The translations under genes and the position numbers were made by a program. Shown in pieces: positions 18,004 to 27,488 of a DNA stretch of 64,000 bases. Origin of the DNA: a virus; IMG/VR virus record IMGVR_UViG_3300008117_000079, one strand, 5' to 3'. Under the pieces are notes generated by a model. That model searched no databases and had not been told where the DNA came from. It saw only the letters and a list, made by a program, of their open reading frames with translations. Numbering within the stretch: position 1 is the first letter of the stretch; each line of letters starts with the position of its first letter.

Positions 18004-21000
18004 TTAAGAGTTAATATTTGTTATGTTTAATACGTCACTACCATCATAATAGCTTAATCTAATAGAATTACTTGAGTTTTCAAATACATTACAATTGTAG
18101 TTGTCATACACAAAAGTTGCTGATGTAAAATCATAACCGCTAACAATACAGTTTATAATATTTTTTTGGAAGTTTGACCCTATATTTGTCGCACTTTGGA
18201 AGGCGTTACTAATGTTATTATAATAAAAATTATTACCTATAATTTCATTGTTATAAAACCCATACCCAATTACATTATTACTAAAGTTGTTTCCGGGTGT
18301 TGGGGACGTGAACATAGAGTTCCAAGTTGTGTTTGTTGGTGAAACTGAACTATTAAATGATCCCTCAACAGCAACATTATATATACCACCACCATTGTCG
18401 TCTCTTTTAATTTCAAGTACTCCAGGAACTATAACATCAATTGTTGATGGACTATAATCTGGTCTTTCAAATGTGATTGTAGGTCCAGATGTTGGGAAGA
18501 CCAATTCTCTAGTATATTTAAATCCACCGCCATTTCCTCCTTGAGTCCATTTGGTAAATACAACTTTATGATATTCATTACTAACTGTATCATACATAAT
18601 AAGTTCTCTACCAATTATATTATTACCAACATTACCATTTAAAGCATCTCTAAAATTATCATACGTTCTAGTTGTAATATCTGAAAAGTCATAGAAACCA
18701 TATCCATCACCAAATCTATTATTACTAAAATCACTCAAAATAGAATTACTATCCATTGAGGACAATCTATTATTCCCAAAATAATTACCAATAAAGTTAT
18801 TGGTGACATCGTAATTAAAAATATTACCATTAACACCATTGCCAAGTTTATTGGTATCAAAATAACTTACTTTGTTGTTATTGAATCCATTACCTATGGT
18901 ATTTTTTAAGAATTCATTACCACAAATGTTATTATTAAATTGATTTCCAATTTCGTTATTTTGGAATTCGTAGTATACAATATTCTCTCTAAAATCATTA
19001 CCAATATCATTTCTATAGAAAGAACTACTTATACTAGGTTCCCCAATAAAGTTATCATAGAAACTATCCCCAATTAAATTATTGTAGAATGGTGAGTATA
19101 TTGTATTTCCACCACTTGTTGGTCCGTCAAAACCAAAATAGTTACCTATTTTATTTGATCTAAATTCACTATATATTGTGTTTTCAGTTCCGGAGCCACC
19201 ATTACCAAAATAGTGTCCTATTTGGTTGTCCTCAAAATCATTATCAATAATGTTAAATGCCATAAAATTACCAACGTTATTTGAAGTAAACACACCATTA
19301 ATTGGATTTGGGAATCCACCAATACCCGCGTTTCCAACAAAGTAATCACCAAAATTATTTAGTATTGATAATGTATTAAATGAATTAAACCAAAATGAAT
19401 TTCCTATTTTATTATTTGTAAAATCGGAATCTATTAGATTATATATGATATCATCACCGACAACATTGTATTGGAAACCGGTATTTATAACATTTCCACC
19501 ATTTCCACCTGGATTTGTTGCACCAGGATAATTTGTGTCATTACCAAAGTAATTTCCAATTTTGTTAAATTTAAAGTCGTTGAAAATTGTGTTTGTTACT
19601 GGTGGTGTGGAATCTGAATTAAAATTACCGAAGTAATCGCCGATTATATTTGACTCAAAATTATTACCAATTGAGTTGTAATAAAAATAATTTTTAATTG
19701 TGTTATTTTCAAAATTATCCCCAATAACATTATCACGGAATTCATTACCAATAACGTTGTTATACATAAATTGACCAATTAGGTTGTCTTGGAATTTATC
19801 ATTAATAACGTTACCCTGTTCGTTACCCCCACCATAACCAAAATCACTACCGATTATGTTGTTTTGGAAAAGGTTACCAATTTTATTATACCCAAATCTT
19901 TCACCACTATTAGGCTCGGTATAAATAGAATTCCATTCAGTATCACTAGGGCTTACAGAACTATTCCAACCACCTTCAGAAAAACTATTATAAATACCAC
20001 CATTGTTACCTCTAGTTATTCCAACTCCAGCAACACCTGGTACAATAACATCAATATCATTAGTGTAATTTCTTTTTGTAAATAATATTGTAGACCCAAT
20101 TGTGTTACCGGCAGAATCAATTTCAGTTCTTTCGTATTGGAACCCACCTCCATTATTATTTTGTGTCCATTGTGTAAATTTAATTATAAAGTATTGTGAT
20201 GTAGAAATAATTCTCATAACAAATTCTTTACCTAATAATCTATTACCTAAATTGCCGTTACCTACAATATTATTAAAGACATCATATGTTCTTGTTGAGA
20301 CCGTAGATAAATCATACCACCCAAATAGAGTTTGATTTTCTGGTACATTACTTTGGAAATAAGTTTGTATATCATTATAAATAAAATCATTACTAATTTT
20401 ATTATTATAGAAATAATAATCTGTAGAGTTATTAAAAAAGTTATCGTTTACAATATTGTTATTAAACCCATTACCGATATTGTTTACTCTAAAATTATAT
20501 CCGGTTTGGTTATTATTAAACCCGTTTAAAATTGTGTTTCCAATAAATTCACCATTTATTTGATTATTTTGGTAATTAGTACCAACTCTATTGTTTTGAA
20601 ACGTTTGTCTAATAGTATTATTTAAAAAGTCATTACTTATATAATTTCTATAAAACTCAAAATTATCTAAGTTTCCAAAATCACCTATTATATTATCTTG
20701 AAATCTATATAAAATATCGTTTTCGTAAAAATCAGAATAAATAGTATTATTACTGAAATTATCCCCAATTATATTATTCCTAAAATTGGTACTATTTTCA
20801 CCTAATATTTTGTTATTGGCAAATTGGTTCCCAACTTTAGAGCTCTCCATATTAGAGTTTATTAAATTATTATTAAAATAATAACCAAAAGTACATTCAT
20901 CTATATCATTGGTTGACACATTTTCATAACAATAATCACCCCAAGTATTATTTTGATTGTCAGTACCAAAAGTATTATTATAGCAGTAATCACCAAATTT

Positions 21001-22020
21001 ATTACTTTCATATTGCCCTTCTAAGAACACATTATTTGCCAATAAGAAAGTTCCTGGTCCTACATTTTGATAATTATTAGCGTAATTACCAATATATGTG
21101 TTCTTAACATAATCGTTTGATATTGCATCTCCGAATGTTGTATATTCTAAATAGTCATATGTTTTAACGTTTGTTTGTTTGTAACTAAAATAACCAGAAC
21201 CATTATTTTCTTCAATTCCCATATAAAAATTACTACAACAACCAAATGAATTTATAGTATCACCGGATACAGCCATTGTTGTGTTATCGGTAATACTTAT
21301 AATTTCGTGGAATCTACTATTACCATCCATATAAATTACATCACCAACAGATAAACTAGTAAAATAAGTATTAGTACCAAGCACAGTACCATCGCTTTGT
21401 AATTCAATAGACCCATTTAATGGTTGTTGTTGTCTAATAGTAAACAACCTATATCTTTTAAATAAAATGTTTCTGTGATCGTAATCAGTCCTATTGTTAA
21501 ACTCATCAATTCTTTCGGAAATTCTACCAAAAGCAGGATTAGTAGTAACTTCAGTTGTACTATAAGTCCAATCATATAGTATTCTATCTTTAGGATATGT
21601 TGGTTGGTAAGCTATTTCACTTATTGTATTTTCACTTGTTGCCAAAACTAAAATAGGTTCAACCGGACCTTGTTTATAGTTACCACTAGTAATTGGGTTA
21701 CCATCATAATCAAAATCTGGTTGGTCATAACAAGTTTGGAAGTCCGTGATTAAATAAAAAGTACTGGCCGTTAAGGTATTAGTACTTATTCTATTGACAA
21801 GGTCAGAATATGTTACTTCTGTAGCCCCAGTTATACCACCTCCACCACCTCCGGCTTCAAGATCTATAATGGTTCCATTTGGATTTAATTTGTCAAATGT
21901 CCCAGTAAGTGAGTCAACACCGACATAATACACATCAGTTTGTGGTGTTAAGGTTGTAAAATCAACACCATTTACAAATTGTGTTTCTAGACCATTATTT
22001 TTTAAAATTAATTTACCCAT
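18004..22020 (-). CDS. giant Asn-rich beta-solenoid structural protein (putative fibre / receptor-binding protein) with internal ~150-aa duplication
   Basis: 1338 aa. Hundreds of degenerate ~9-10-aa repeats of form N-N-x-I-G-x-x-F (NNIIGDNFS, NNTIRQTFQ, NNKIGNSFW...). Two copies of a ~150-aa non-repeat module (residues ~565-715 and ~1095-1245) share ...TRTYDxF...G(K/R)E(F/L)(V/I)M...(F/V)TKWTQxxNGGGFxYxR...IDVIVPGV...GGIYN...EG(G/S)(W/F)NSSVSPxxTxWNS. A T4-type late promoter TATAAATA lies upstream. Confidence 0.6.
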   Translation of the reverse strand: MGKLILKNNGLETQFVNGVDFTTLTPQTDVYYVGVDSLTGTFDKLNPNGTIIDLEAGGGGGGITGATEVTYSDLVNRISTNTLTASTFYLITDFQTCYDQPDFDYDGNPITSGNYKQGPVEPILVLATSENTISEIAYQPTYPKDRILYDWTYSTTEVTTNPAFGRISERIDEFNNRTDYDHRNILFKRYRLFTIRQQQPLNGSIELQSDGTVLGTNTYFTSLSVGDVIYMDGNSRFHEIISITDNTTMAVSGDTINSFGCCSNFYMGIEENNGSGYFSYKQTNVKTYDYLEYTTFGDAISNDYVKNTYIGNYANNYQNVGPGTFLLANNVFLEGQYESNKFGDYCYNNTFGTDNQNNTWGDYCYENVSTNDIDECTFGYYFNNNLINSNMESSKVGNQFANNKILGENSTNFRNNIIGDNFSNNTIYSDFYENDILYRFQDNIIGDFGNLDNFEFYRNYISNDFLNNTIRQTFQNNRVGTNYQNNQINGEFIGNTILNGFNNNQTGYNFRVNNIGNGFNNNIVNDNFFNNSTDYYFYNNKISNDFIYNDIQTYFQSNVPENQTLFGWYDLSTVSTRTYDVFNNIVGNGNLGNRLLGKEFVMRIISTSQYFIIKFTQWTQNNNGGGFQYERTEIDSAGNTIGSTILFTKRNYTNDIDVIVPGVAGVGITRGNNGGIYNSFSEGGWNSSVSPSDTEWNSIYTEPNSGERFGYNKIGNLFQNNIIGSDFGYGGGNEQGNVINDKFQDNLIGQFMYNNVIGNEFRDNVIGDNFENNTIKNYFYYNSIGNNFESNIIGDYFGNFNSDSTPPVTNTIFNDFKFNKIGNYFGNDTNYPGATNPGGNGGNVINTGFQYNVVGDDIIYNLIDSDFTNNKIGNSFWFNSFNTLSILNNFGDYFVGNAGIGGFPNPINGVFTSNNVGNFMAFNIIDNDFEDNQIGHYFGNGGSGTENTIYSEFRSNKIGNYFGFDGPTSGGNTIYSPFYNNLIGDSFYDNFIGEPSISSSFYRNDIGNDFRENIVYYEFQNNEIGNQFNNNICGNEFLKNTIGNGFNNNKVSYFDTNKLGNGVNGNIFNYDVTNNFIGNYFGNNRLSSMDSNSILSDFSNNRFGDGYGFYDFSDITTRTYDNFRDALNGNVGNNIIGRELIMYDTVSNEYHKVVFTKWTQGGNGGGFKYTRELVFPTSGPTITFERPDYSPSTIDVIVPGVLEIKRDDNGGGIYNVAVEGSFNSSVSPTNTTWNSMFTSPTPGNNFSNNVIGYGFYNNEIIGNNFYYNNISNAFQSATNIGSNFQKNIINCIVSGYDFTSATFVYDNYNCNVFENSSNSIRLSYYDGSDVLNITNINS

Positions 22021-22089
22021 TTCGTGTTTTTATTTATAAATATTTTTGTTTATCAAATAAGTTCTAAAAACGTTTACTTTTTTGTAAGT

Positions 22090-22815
22090 TTATAAGCCAA
22101 ATCTACTTTTTGTCATATTATAATTATAATTTATTTGTGGTTGTGTTAAAGCATAATTAAACACCTCAAAACGACTCAAATACATTTTAGAATAAGAACC
22201 ATCACCCATACTCGTAGGACAATTACTGGCAATGGCGTAATATAAATTTGTACCATTATTATATGGGGCTGCTCTATTGAATGTTAGGGTGCCTGCCGAT
22301 GAACCATTAACATATGCAGTTAATGTTGTGCCATTATAGACCATACCTATATAATACCAATTATTTAAAGGGGTTGCTATTGATGAAGTTATAGAACTAA
22401 TAGCACTACCATCCCACATTCCAAATTTTAAAGTACCACTAACCATTTCAATTTGAGAGTCAAACCAAGCTGTATTTGGTGTTGGTGATGTACCTTGTTC
22501 ACTAAGAATAACACCATTATCCATTGGATAAATCCATAAAAATATAGATGTAACTTCTGATTTTGTTGGTGATGTTCCATTAAAAAAACTATCTAATGCA
22601 GTATTAGTTATTAAGTATTCATTAACACCATCAAAATATATTGACCCTGACGTAAATGCCGAATAGGTTGGTGTATTACTTAACGTTCCATCTGAAACAT
22701 CAAATAAATCGGTAACTACAGAACCGGTTGTTGGATATGAATTTTGATTTGTAAAATCATAACACAAAATTGGTTTAGCTGGTATACTAGATAATATCGC
22801 TTTATATTTATTCAT
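22090..22815 (-). CDS. LamG_3 (concanavalin A-like lectin) domain protein, paralog 1 of 6
   Basis: C-terminal ...MYLSRFEVFNYALTQPQINYNYNMTKSRFGL matches the Laminin_G_3 end signature (IxxxRIYNRALSxxEI) and the conserved terminal xKxRFG[LF]. Divergent copy of the array at 24298-28201. Confidence 0.55.
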   Translation of the reverse strand: MNKYKAILSSIPAKPILCYDFTNQNSYPTTGSVVTDLFDVSDGTLSNTPTYSAFTSGSIYFDGVNEYLITNTALDSFFNGTSPTKSEVTSIFLWIYPMDNGVILSEQGTSPTPNTAWFDSQIEMVSGTLKFGMWDGSAISSITSSIATPLNNWYYIGMVYNGTTLTAYVNGSSAGTLTFNRAAPYNNGTNLYYAIASNCPTSMGDGSYSKMYLSRFEVFNYALTQPQINYNYNMTKSRFGL

Positions 22816-22819
22816 AGTC

Positions 22820-24199
22820 TTACCTTACTATCCAATACTCCACTCTTGTCCCTTCAGACCATTCAGCATAAATTATATTAACAGTACTTGTTTGATAAGT
22901 TGTACTACCCAATAATACCCACCCAACTGGAACTGTGGGCGCTGTACCACTATTATGGTATATTTTTTGGGTAACCCCTAATTTAGCATTTGTTAAAGTA
23001 TCTGTTAAATTAGAAGATATCGGTGAAGAGTAAGTACCGAATACTGTGTTACCGGTAAAATGTATTGTTGCTGTAGTACTAGATAATGTGGTTATTGTTG
23101 CTGGTTGCCAAGTTCCATTACCACTAGCATCAGAGGTTAATACATATCCACTTGTTGCTCCCGATGTTACTTGTAATGAGGTCGTTTTTGTTTTACCACT
23201 AACCTCTAATCTTTCTGTTGGGGTAGAGGTTCCAAACCCACTTAAATCACCTATAACATTTACAGTACCATCTTCAGATCTAAAATGAGCAGATGCTTTA
23301 CCATCAACACCACCCCTATCGGCTGAATAAAATTTGAACCCATTTGTAATACCACTAGTAGGTGAGGTACCATTAGGTATGTAAATACAATTTGAATCCG
23401 TAATGTCTTGTTGTAAATCACCTAATAAAAAATTACTAGTACACGTCAATGACGCCTTTTTTAAAATACTAGCACCTGGATTTCCGTCTGTCAACCAAAA
23501 ATTAAATTTACTTCTAGAAATAGACGAAATGATTTCTGTTTCTGTTTGTATTCTACCAGTATCATAACTAACACCAGCACTATAGTCTGTCCTAAATAAA
23601 ATTGAGGCCTTTCTTGTTTGGTTTTGGTTTTGTGAAAATAAAATATGATCAAGTTCGGAACCGTACCCATTACCTGCAAGAGATATGGGGTAATTTCCGT
23701 GAGTTAGACTACCTAAAGTTAATTTACCACTGCTGGAACTTAAACCATTTTCACTTAAAATAATTGCTGGGTTACCAAACTGATTGACTGATAGGTTTGT
23801 ACCATATTGGCCATTTTTTCTCATAGTTAGACCAAAATTAGAGTCACCATATTGTAAAGTATAATTGTCATCCCAAGTGGTGCTCACTGTTGAATTTGTG
23901 ACTGAAAATAAATTACCACTATCTACACTATTTCTAATTCTAAAAGTTGTGTCGGTAAGCGTTGTCCCAGTAGCTATTACTTGTAATATACCATTATTAT
24001 AAGTCAATTGACTACTTCCACTTAGTGATGAAGATGTATCAAATAAAGCAATTTGCCCTGTAAATCCACTTCCTGAAACACCTGAAGGTGGTAGATTATA
24101 ATAAGTTGTTGCTGATATACTTGTTGTGGTTAATGTACCATCAACTAGTCCGTTTCCCTTTGATACGAACCCATTTTTAATTATAAATTCATTTGCCAT
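22820..24199 (-). CDS. tail fibre-like protein with GYVLTSDxSGN..W motif
   Basis: 459 aa, Ser/Thr/Gly-rich. Contains LQVTSGATSGYVLTSDASGNGTWQP, shared with 28203..30323. Confidence 0.5.
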   Translation of the reverse strand: MANEFIIKNGFVSKGNGLVDGTLTTTSISATTYYNLPPSGVSGSGFTGQIALFDTSSSLSGSSQLTYNNGILQVIATGTTLTDTTFRIRNSVDSGNLFSVTNSTVSTTWDDNYTLQYGDSNFGLTMRKNGQYGTNLSVNQFGNPAIILSENGLSSSSGKLTLGSLTHGNYPISLAGNGYGSELDHILFSQNQNQTRKASILFRTDYSAGVSYDTGRIQTETEIISSISRSKFNFWLTDGNPGASILKKASLTCTSNFLLGDLQQDITDSNCIYIPNGTSPTSGITNGFKFYSADRGGVDGKASAHFRSEDGTVNVIGDLSGFGTSTPTERLEVSGKTKTTSLQVTSGATSGYVLTSDASGNGTWQPATITTLSSTTATIHFTGNTVFGTYSSPISSNLTDTLTNAKLGVTQKIYHNSGTAPTVPVGWVLLGSTTYQTSTVNIIYAEWSEGTRVEYWIVR

Positions 24200-24297
24200 T
24201 TAATCTTTTCCCTTTCCAAGATTTATAACAATAAATATATGTGTTAATTAAATCTGGATCTTAATGTATTATAATTTTGTAAAATTTATAAATACAA

Positions 24298-25029
24298 TCA
24301 AAACCCAAATCTTGACTTTGTTGAGTTATAGTTTTGTAATATTTCAGACGATGTAAGAACCCTATTATAAACAATACCCTGCGCAATACTACCAACCATA
24401 TATTGTCCAGCAAAGTTGGCTCCAGCAAACTGAATTGGTGCGCTATGGTCCGAATGTAATGTTGTTGTAGTTAATACTGGTATACCATTCACATAGATAA
24501 CAACATTATTATTTGGTGGTCCGGGTAAAACAACCCCAATGGTCTCACCAAATGTCATAGCAACGTGAGTCCAAGTGTTTGTACCTAAATTGATTCCAGT
24601 ACTTCTTATTCCCGCATTTATATTACAACTAGGACAAGTTGCTAAGTAATTACCCCAATCAAATGCACATAATACATTATCAATTAAAAATAAACCCCAA
24701 GCGTTTTGTTTTGTAATAACACCTCTAAAACTACTATTACCACTTGTTGCTTTAATCCAAGCACTGATTGTCCCTAAAGTTATTTGTAATTGTGGTGTGT
24801 TTCCACAATTAATATATTGGTTAGACCCATTAAAAGTAAACATACCACCGACAGATGTACTAAATATTGGTGTATTAACCAAAGAACCATTATTTATGTT
24901 TCCAGAAATATCTTTTAATGTTGACCCACCCTGTAAACTATAATAAGAATTCGGTGAACTTGGGTCTATATAAATTAATAAACCATCTTCAACAATATTA
25001 GGCCCTCGCCAATTACCTACCGTACTCAT
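24298..25029 (-). CDS. LamG_3 domain protein, paralog 2 of 6
   Basis: ...IVYNRVLTSSEILQNYNSTKSRFGF end signature; 243 aa. 4-nt ATGA overlap with upstream paralog. Confidence 0.65.
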   Translation of the reverse strand: MSTVGNWRGPNIVEDGLLIYIDPSSPNSYYSLQGGSTLKDISGNINNGSLVNTPIFSTSVGGMFTFNGSNQYINCGNTPQLQITLGTISAWIKATSGNSSFRGVITKQNAWGLFLIDNVLCAFDWGNYLATCPSCNINAGIRSTGINLGTNTWTHVAMTFGETIGVVLPGPPNNNVVIYVNGIPVLTTTTLHSDHSAPIQFAGANFAGQYMVGSIAQGIVYNRVLTSSEILQNYNSTKSRFGF

Positions 25030-25745
25030 AACCCAAACCTACGTTTTAATGTATTATAATTTTGTAAAACTTCTGATGATGATAAGGTTTTTGTGTAAAC
25101 CATAAAATTATTTATTCTTGCAGGTAAAAACCAAGTCTTCCCAGGAGTAGAATATGTACCCAAATTAAAATGGGTATTTGTGTTAAAATAACAATTCAAA
25201 CTAGTTGATGTACCTTCTAAAACCCCATTTACATAAAGTGACATTGTACTTGTTAAAATATCATAAGTACAAGTTATATTATACCAATTATTGATAGTCC
25301 AATTATTAGTTGTGGAATATATAATACCAAATGGGTTAAATGTTTGAAAACTAATCCTACCTGAAGCATTACCTAGTAAATGTAAATAATTATCAACACC
25401 ATTAAGTAATGTGTTTTGGGCTTCCATAACCATATAATAATTTGTATTTGCTGGCGTTATATTAATTGTTGGACTAAACCAAATACTAAAAGAATAGTTA
25501 CCAAATGTTTGGTTTGTTGTTATTTGTGGTAATCCTATGTAATCATTAGATCCGTCTAGTAATAAACAACCCTTATTTGTTTCAGAAAATGTTACACCAT
25601 TAATTAATGTTCCACTATTTTTTTGTTGTACACTAATATCTGACCAAGAAGTACTGCCCGAAATATAAGATTTAGGATTTGAGGTATCCAAATAATAAAT
25701 TAAATTTTCTAAAATAATATTTATACCACCCTCTGTTGTACTCAT
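25026..25745 (-). CDS. LamG_3 domain protein, paralog 3 of 6
   Basis: N-terminal LIYYLDTSNPKSY...WSD.S...N.GTLINGVTF....GCLLLDGSNDY and C-terminal MVYTKTLSSSEVLQNYNTLKRRFGL. Confidence 0.65.
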   Translation of the reverse strand: MSTTEGGINIILENLIYYLDTSNPKSYISGSTSWSDISVQQKNSGTLINGVTFSETNKGCLLLDGSNDYIGLPQITTNQTFGNYSFSIWFSPTINITPANTNYYMVMEAQNTLLNGVDNYLHLLGNASGRISFQTFNPFGIIYSTTNNWTINNWYNITCTYDILTSTMSLYVNGVLEGTSTSLNCYFNTNTHFNLGTYSTPGKTWFLPARINNFMVYTKTLSSSEVLQNYNTLKRRFGL

Positions 25746-26035
25746 TATCCATTACCATTAAGTATAGTTTGATTAAATGAAACTGAATATGGATTAACCC
25801 ATTCAGGAGTCTCCAAAATCGTTAAAATTTCTTCATAGGTATAAGGACCTTCTTTTGTTGTTAAAGAATCAACAGATGATGGAATATCACCATCCCACTT
25901 AACAAATGTTTTTGTTTCATCTACTGAGTTCCTGACTGTTTCTTCAGATGTTTCTAGTACCTGAGAAAAATCAATTTGATTTAACTCCGATACATTGAAT
26001 ATCATAAATTGTCTGTTGTTATAAACTGCTCCCAT
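25745..26035 (-). CDS. hypothetical small protein inserted in LamG array
   Basis: 96-aa acidic ORF, start overlaps stop of next gene; unrelated to flanking paralogs. Confidence 0.35.
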   Translation of the reverse strand: MGAVYNNRQFMIFNVSELNQIDFSQVLETSEETVRNSVDETKTFVKWDGDIPSSVDSLTTKEGPYTYEEILTILETPEWVNPYSVSFNQTILNGNG

Positions 26036-26040
26036 AATTT

Positions 26041-26790
26041 TTATAAATTAAATCTACCTTTATGTGCGTTAAAATTCTGTAATACTTCTGATTCAGATAA
26101 CGCTCTATTATATATTCTAGTTATTGCTATTTTTCCTTTATAATTTATAAGATTATTACCAGTACCTCTACCTAGTGTTAATGAACCACCTAAATAAGTA
26201 ATCCAAGAAGGGTTAGATGATATTGTTGCACCTGTTACTGTTGTAACCAAAGTGCCATTAACGTATATTTTAACTGTGGATAAATCTCTAGTTACTGTTG
26301 CCAAATTCCATTTATTTGCTGGTGCTACGTAATTTGGTGAACCTATAAAATTAAATGAACCTGGTGATGGATAAGGATTACCATTGTTTGATCTAAACCA
26401 TAGATACCCTATTGCACCATAATCATAAATATAATTTAGTTGGAATTGACTATCTTCAACTTGACCGGCTCTCATTAAGTGACCCGAACCATCAAATATT
26501 GCGTTTGTTCCACGACCAGTTGAGTAAAACCAAGATTCTAAAGTATGACCACTAGCAACACTTAAAGTTGGATTATATGTAATATTTGCGTAATCATTTA
26601 CACCATCAAATAAAATACTACCACCATTAGAAGTATCATAGGTCGGTCCATTTATTAAAGTAAAATTATTTCTATTACCTGTTAAATCAGACCATAACGT
26701 ACCGCTACTCGGATATGAATAAAGATTAGCACCATCCAAACATACTACTAAACCATTTGTTACCACATTAGGTGCTACATTTCCACTCAT
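26041..26790 (-). CDS. LamG_3 domain protein, paralog 4 of 6
   Basis: NGLVVCLDGANLYSYPSSGTLWSDLTGNRNNFTLINGPTYD...ILFDGVNDY ... IYNRALSESEVLQNFNAHKGRFNL. Confidence 0.65.
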   Translation of the reverse strand: MSGNVAPNVVTNGLVVCLDGANLYSYPSSGTLWSDLTGNRNNFTLINGPTYDTSNGGSILFDGVNDYANITYNPTLSVASGHTLESWFYSTGRGTNAIFDGSGHLMRAGQVEDSQFQLNYIYDYGAIGYLWFRSNNGNPYPSPGSFNFIGSPNYVAPANKWNLATVTRDLSTVKIYVNGTLVTTVTGATISSNPSWITYLGGSLTLGRGTGNNLINYKGKIAITRIYNRALSESEVLQNFNAHKGRFNL

Positions 26791-27488
26791 TGTCCAAATC
26801 TTGTTTTTAATGTGTTATAGTTTTGTAAAACCTCATTAGCTAATAAACCTCTATTGTATATTTTAACGTTTGCTATTTCACAATTACCATTTGTTGTTTG
26901 TCTTCTAGCTATTTGTAGTGTTCCGGTTGTATTTGTAATATTTCCGTCGGCAAAAACACTACTTACAAATACACCATTAATGTAAAATTTTAAATCATTA
27001 CCATCATAAGTAACACAGTAGTGGTTCCAAACATCTATACATTGTGAATTATTTAAAAGTGTAAATACAACTTTTTGACCTGTACCAGCCCAACGTTCAG
27101 AAGCAATTGCAATTACATTTGGGCTATCCCTATAAAACCACAAATTGTACCCATTTCTTGGCGCTCCATATTCACGATTAAGTAATCCGTGAAAAGTACT
27201 ATTTGCTGTGATTATTTTTGCAAATAAACTTAAAGTATAAGGACTTCTATTTAAAAATTGTAAATCTGACAATATAGGGAATGTACCTTCATCATTTAAA
27301 CCATCAAATAAAATACTCCCTTTATTTTTTGAATCAAATGTTGGACCATTAACTAATGTACAGTCATTGTTTCTACCACTTAAATCAGACCATACAGTTG
27401 AACCTGAAACATATGAATTAATGTTAGCAGCATCCAAACACAGAACTAAACCATTTGTTACTATTTTTGGTGAAAAATTATAACTCAT
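26787..27488 (-). CDS. LamG_3 domain protein, paralog 5 of 6
   Basis: NGLVLCLDAANINSYVSGSTVWSDLSGRNNDCTLVNGPTFD...ILFDGLND ... IYNRGLLANEVLQNYNTLKTRFGQ. ATGA overlap with neighbours. Confidence 0.65.
   Translation of the reverse strand: MSYNFSPKIVTNGLVLCLDAANINSYVSGSTVWSDLSGRNNDCTLVNGPTFDSKNKGSILFDGLNDEGTFPILSDLQFLNRSPYTLSLFAKIITANSTFHGLLNREYGAPRNGYNLWFYRDSPNVIAIASERWAGTGQKVVFTLLNNSQCIDVWNHYCVTYDGNDLKFYINGVFVSSVFADGNITNTTGTLQIARRQTTNGNCEIANVKIYNRGLLANEVLQNYNTLKTRFGQ

Noticed and set aside
19789-20529. Plus-strand ORFs 19789..20085, 20102..20335 and 20332..20529 inside the 1338-aa gene
   Set aside because: Antisense to a long, clearly coding repeat gene; Ile/Asn-rich translations are typical of AT-rich antisense frames.
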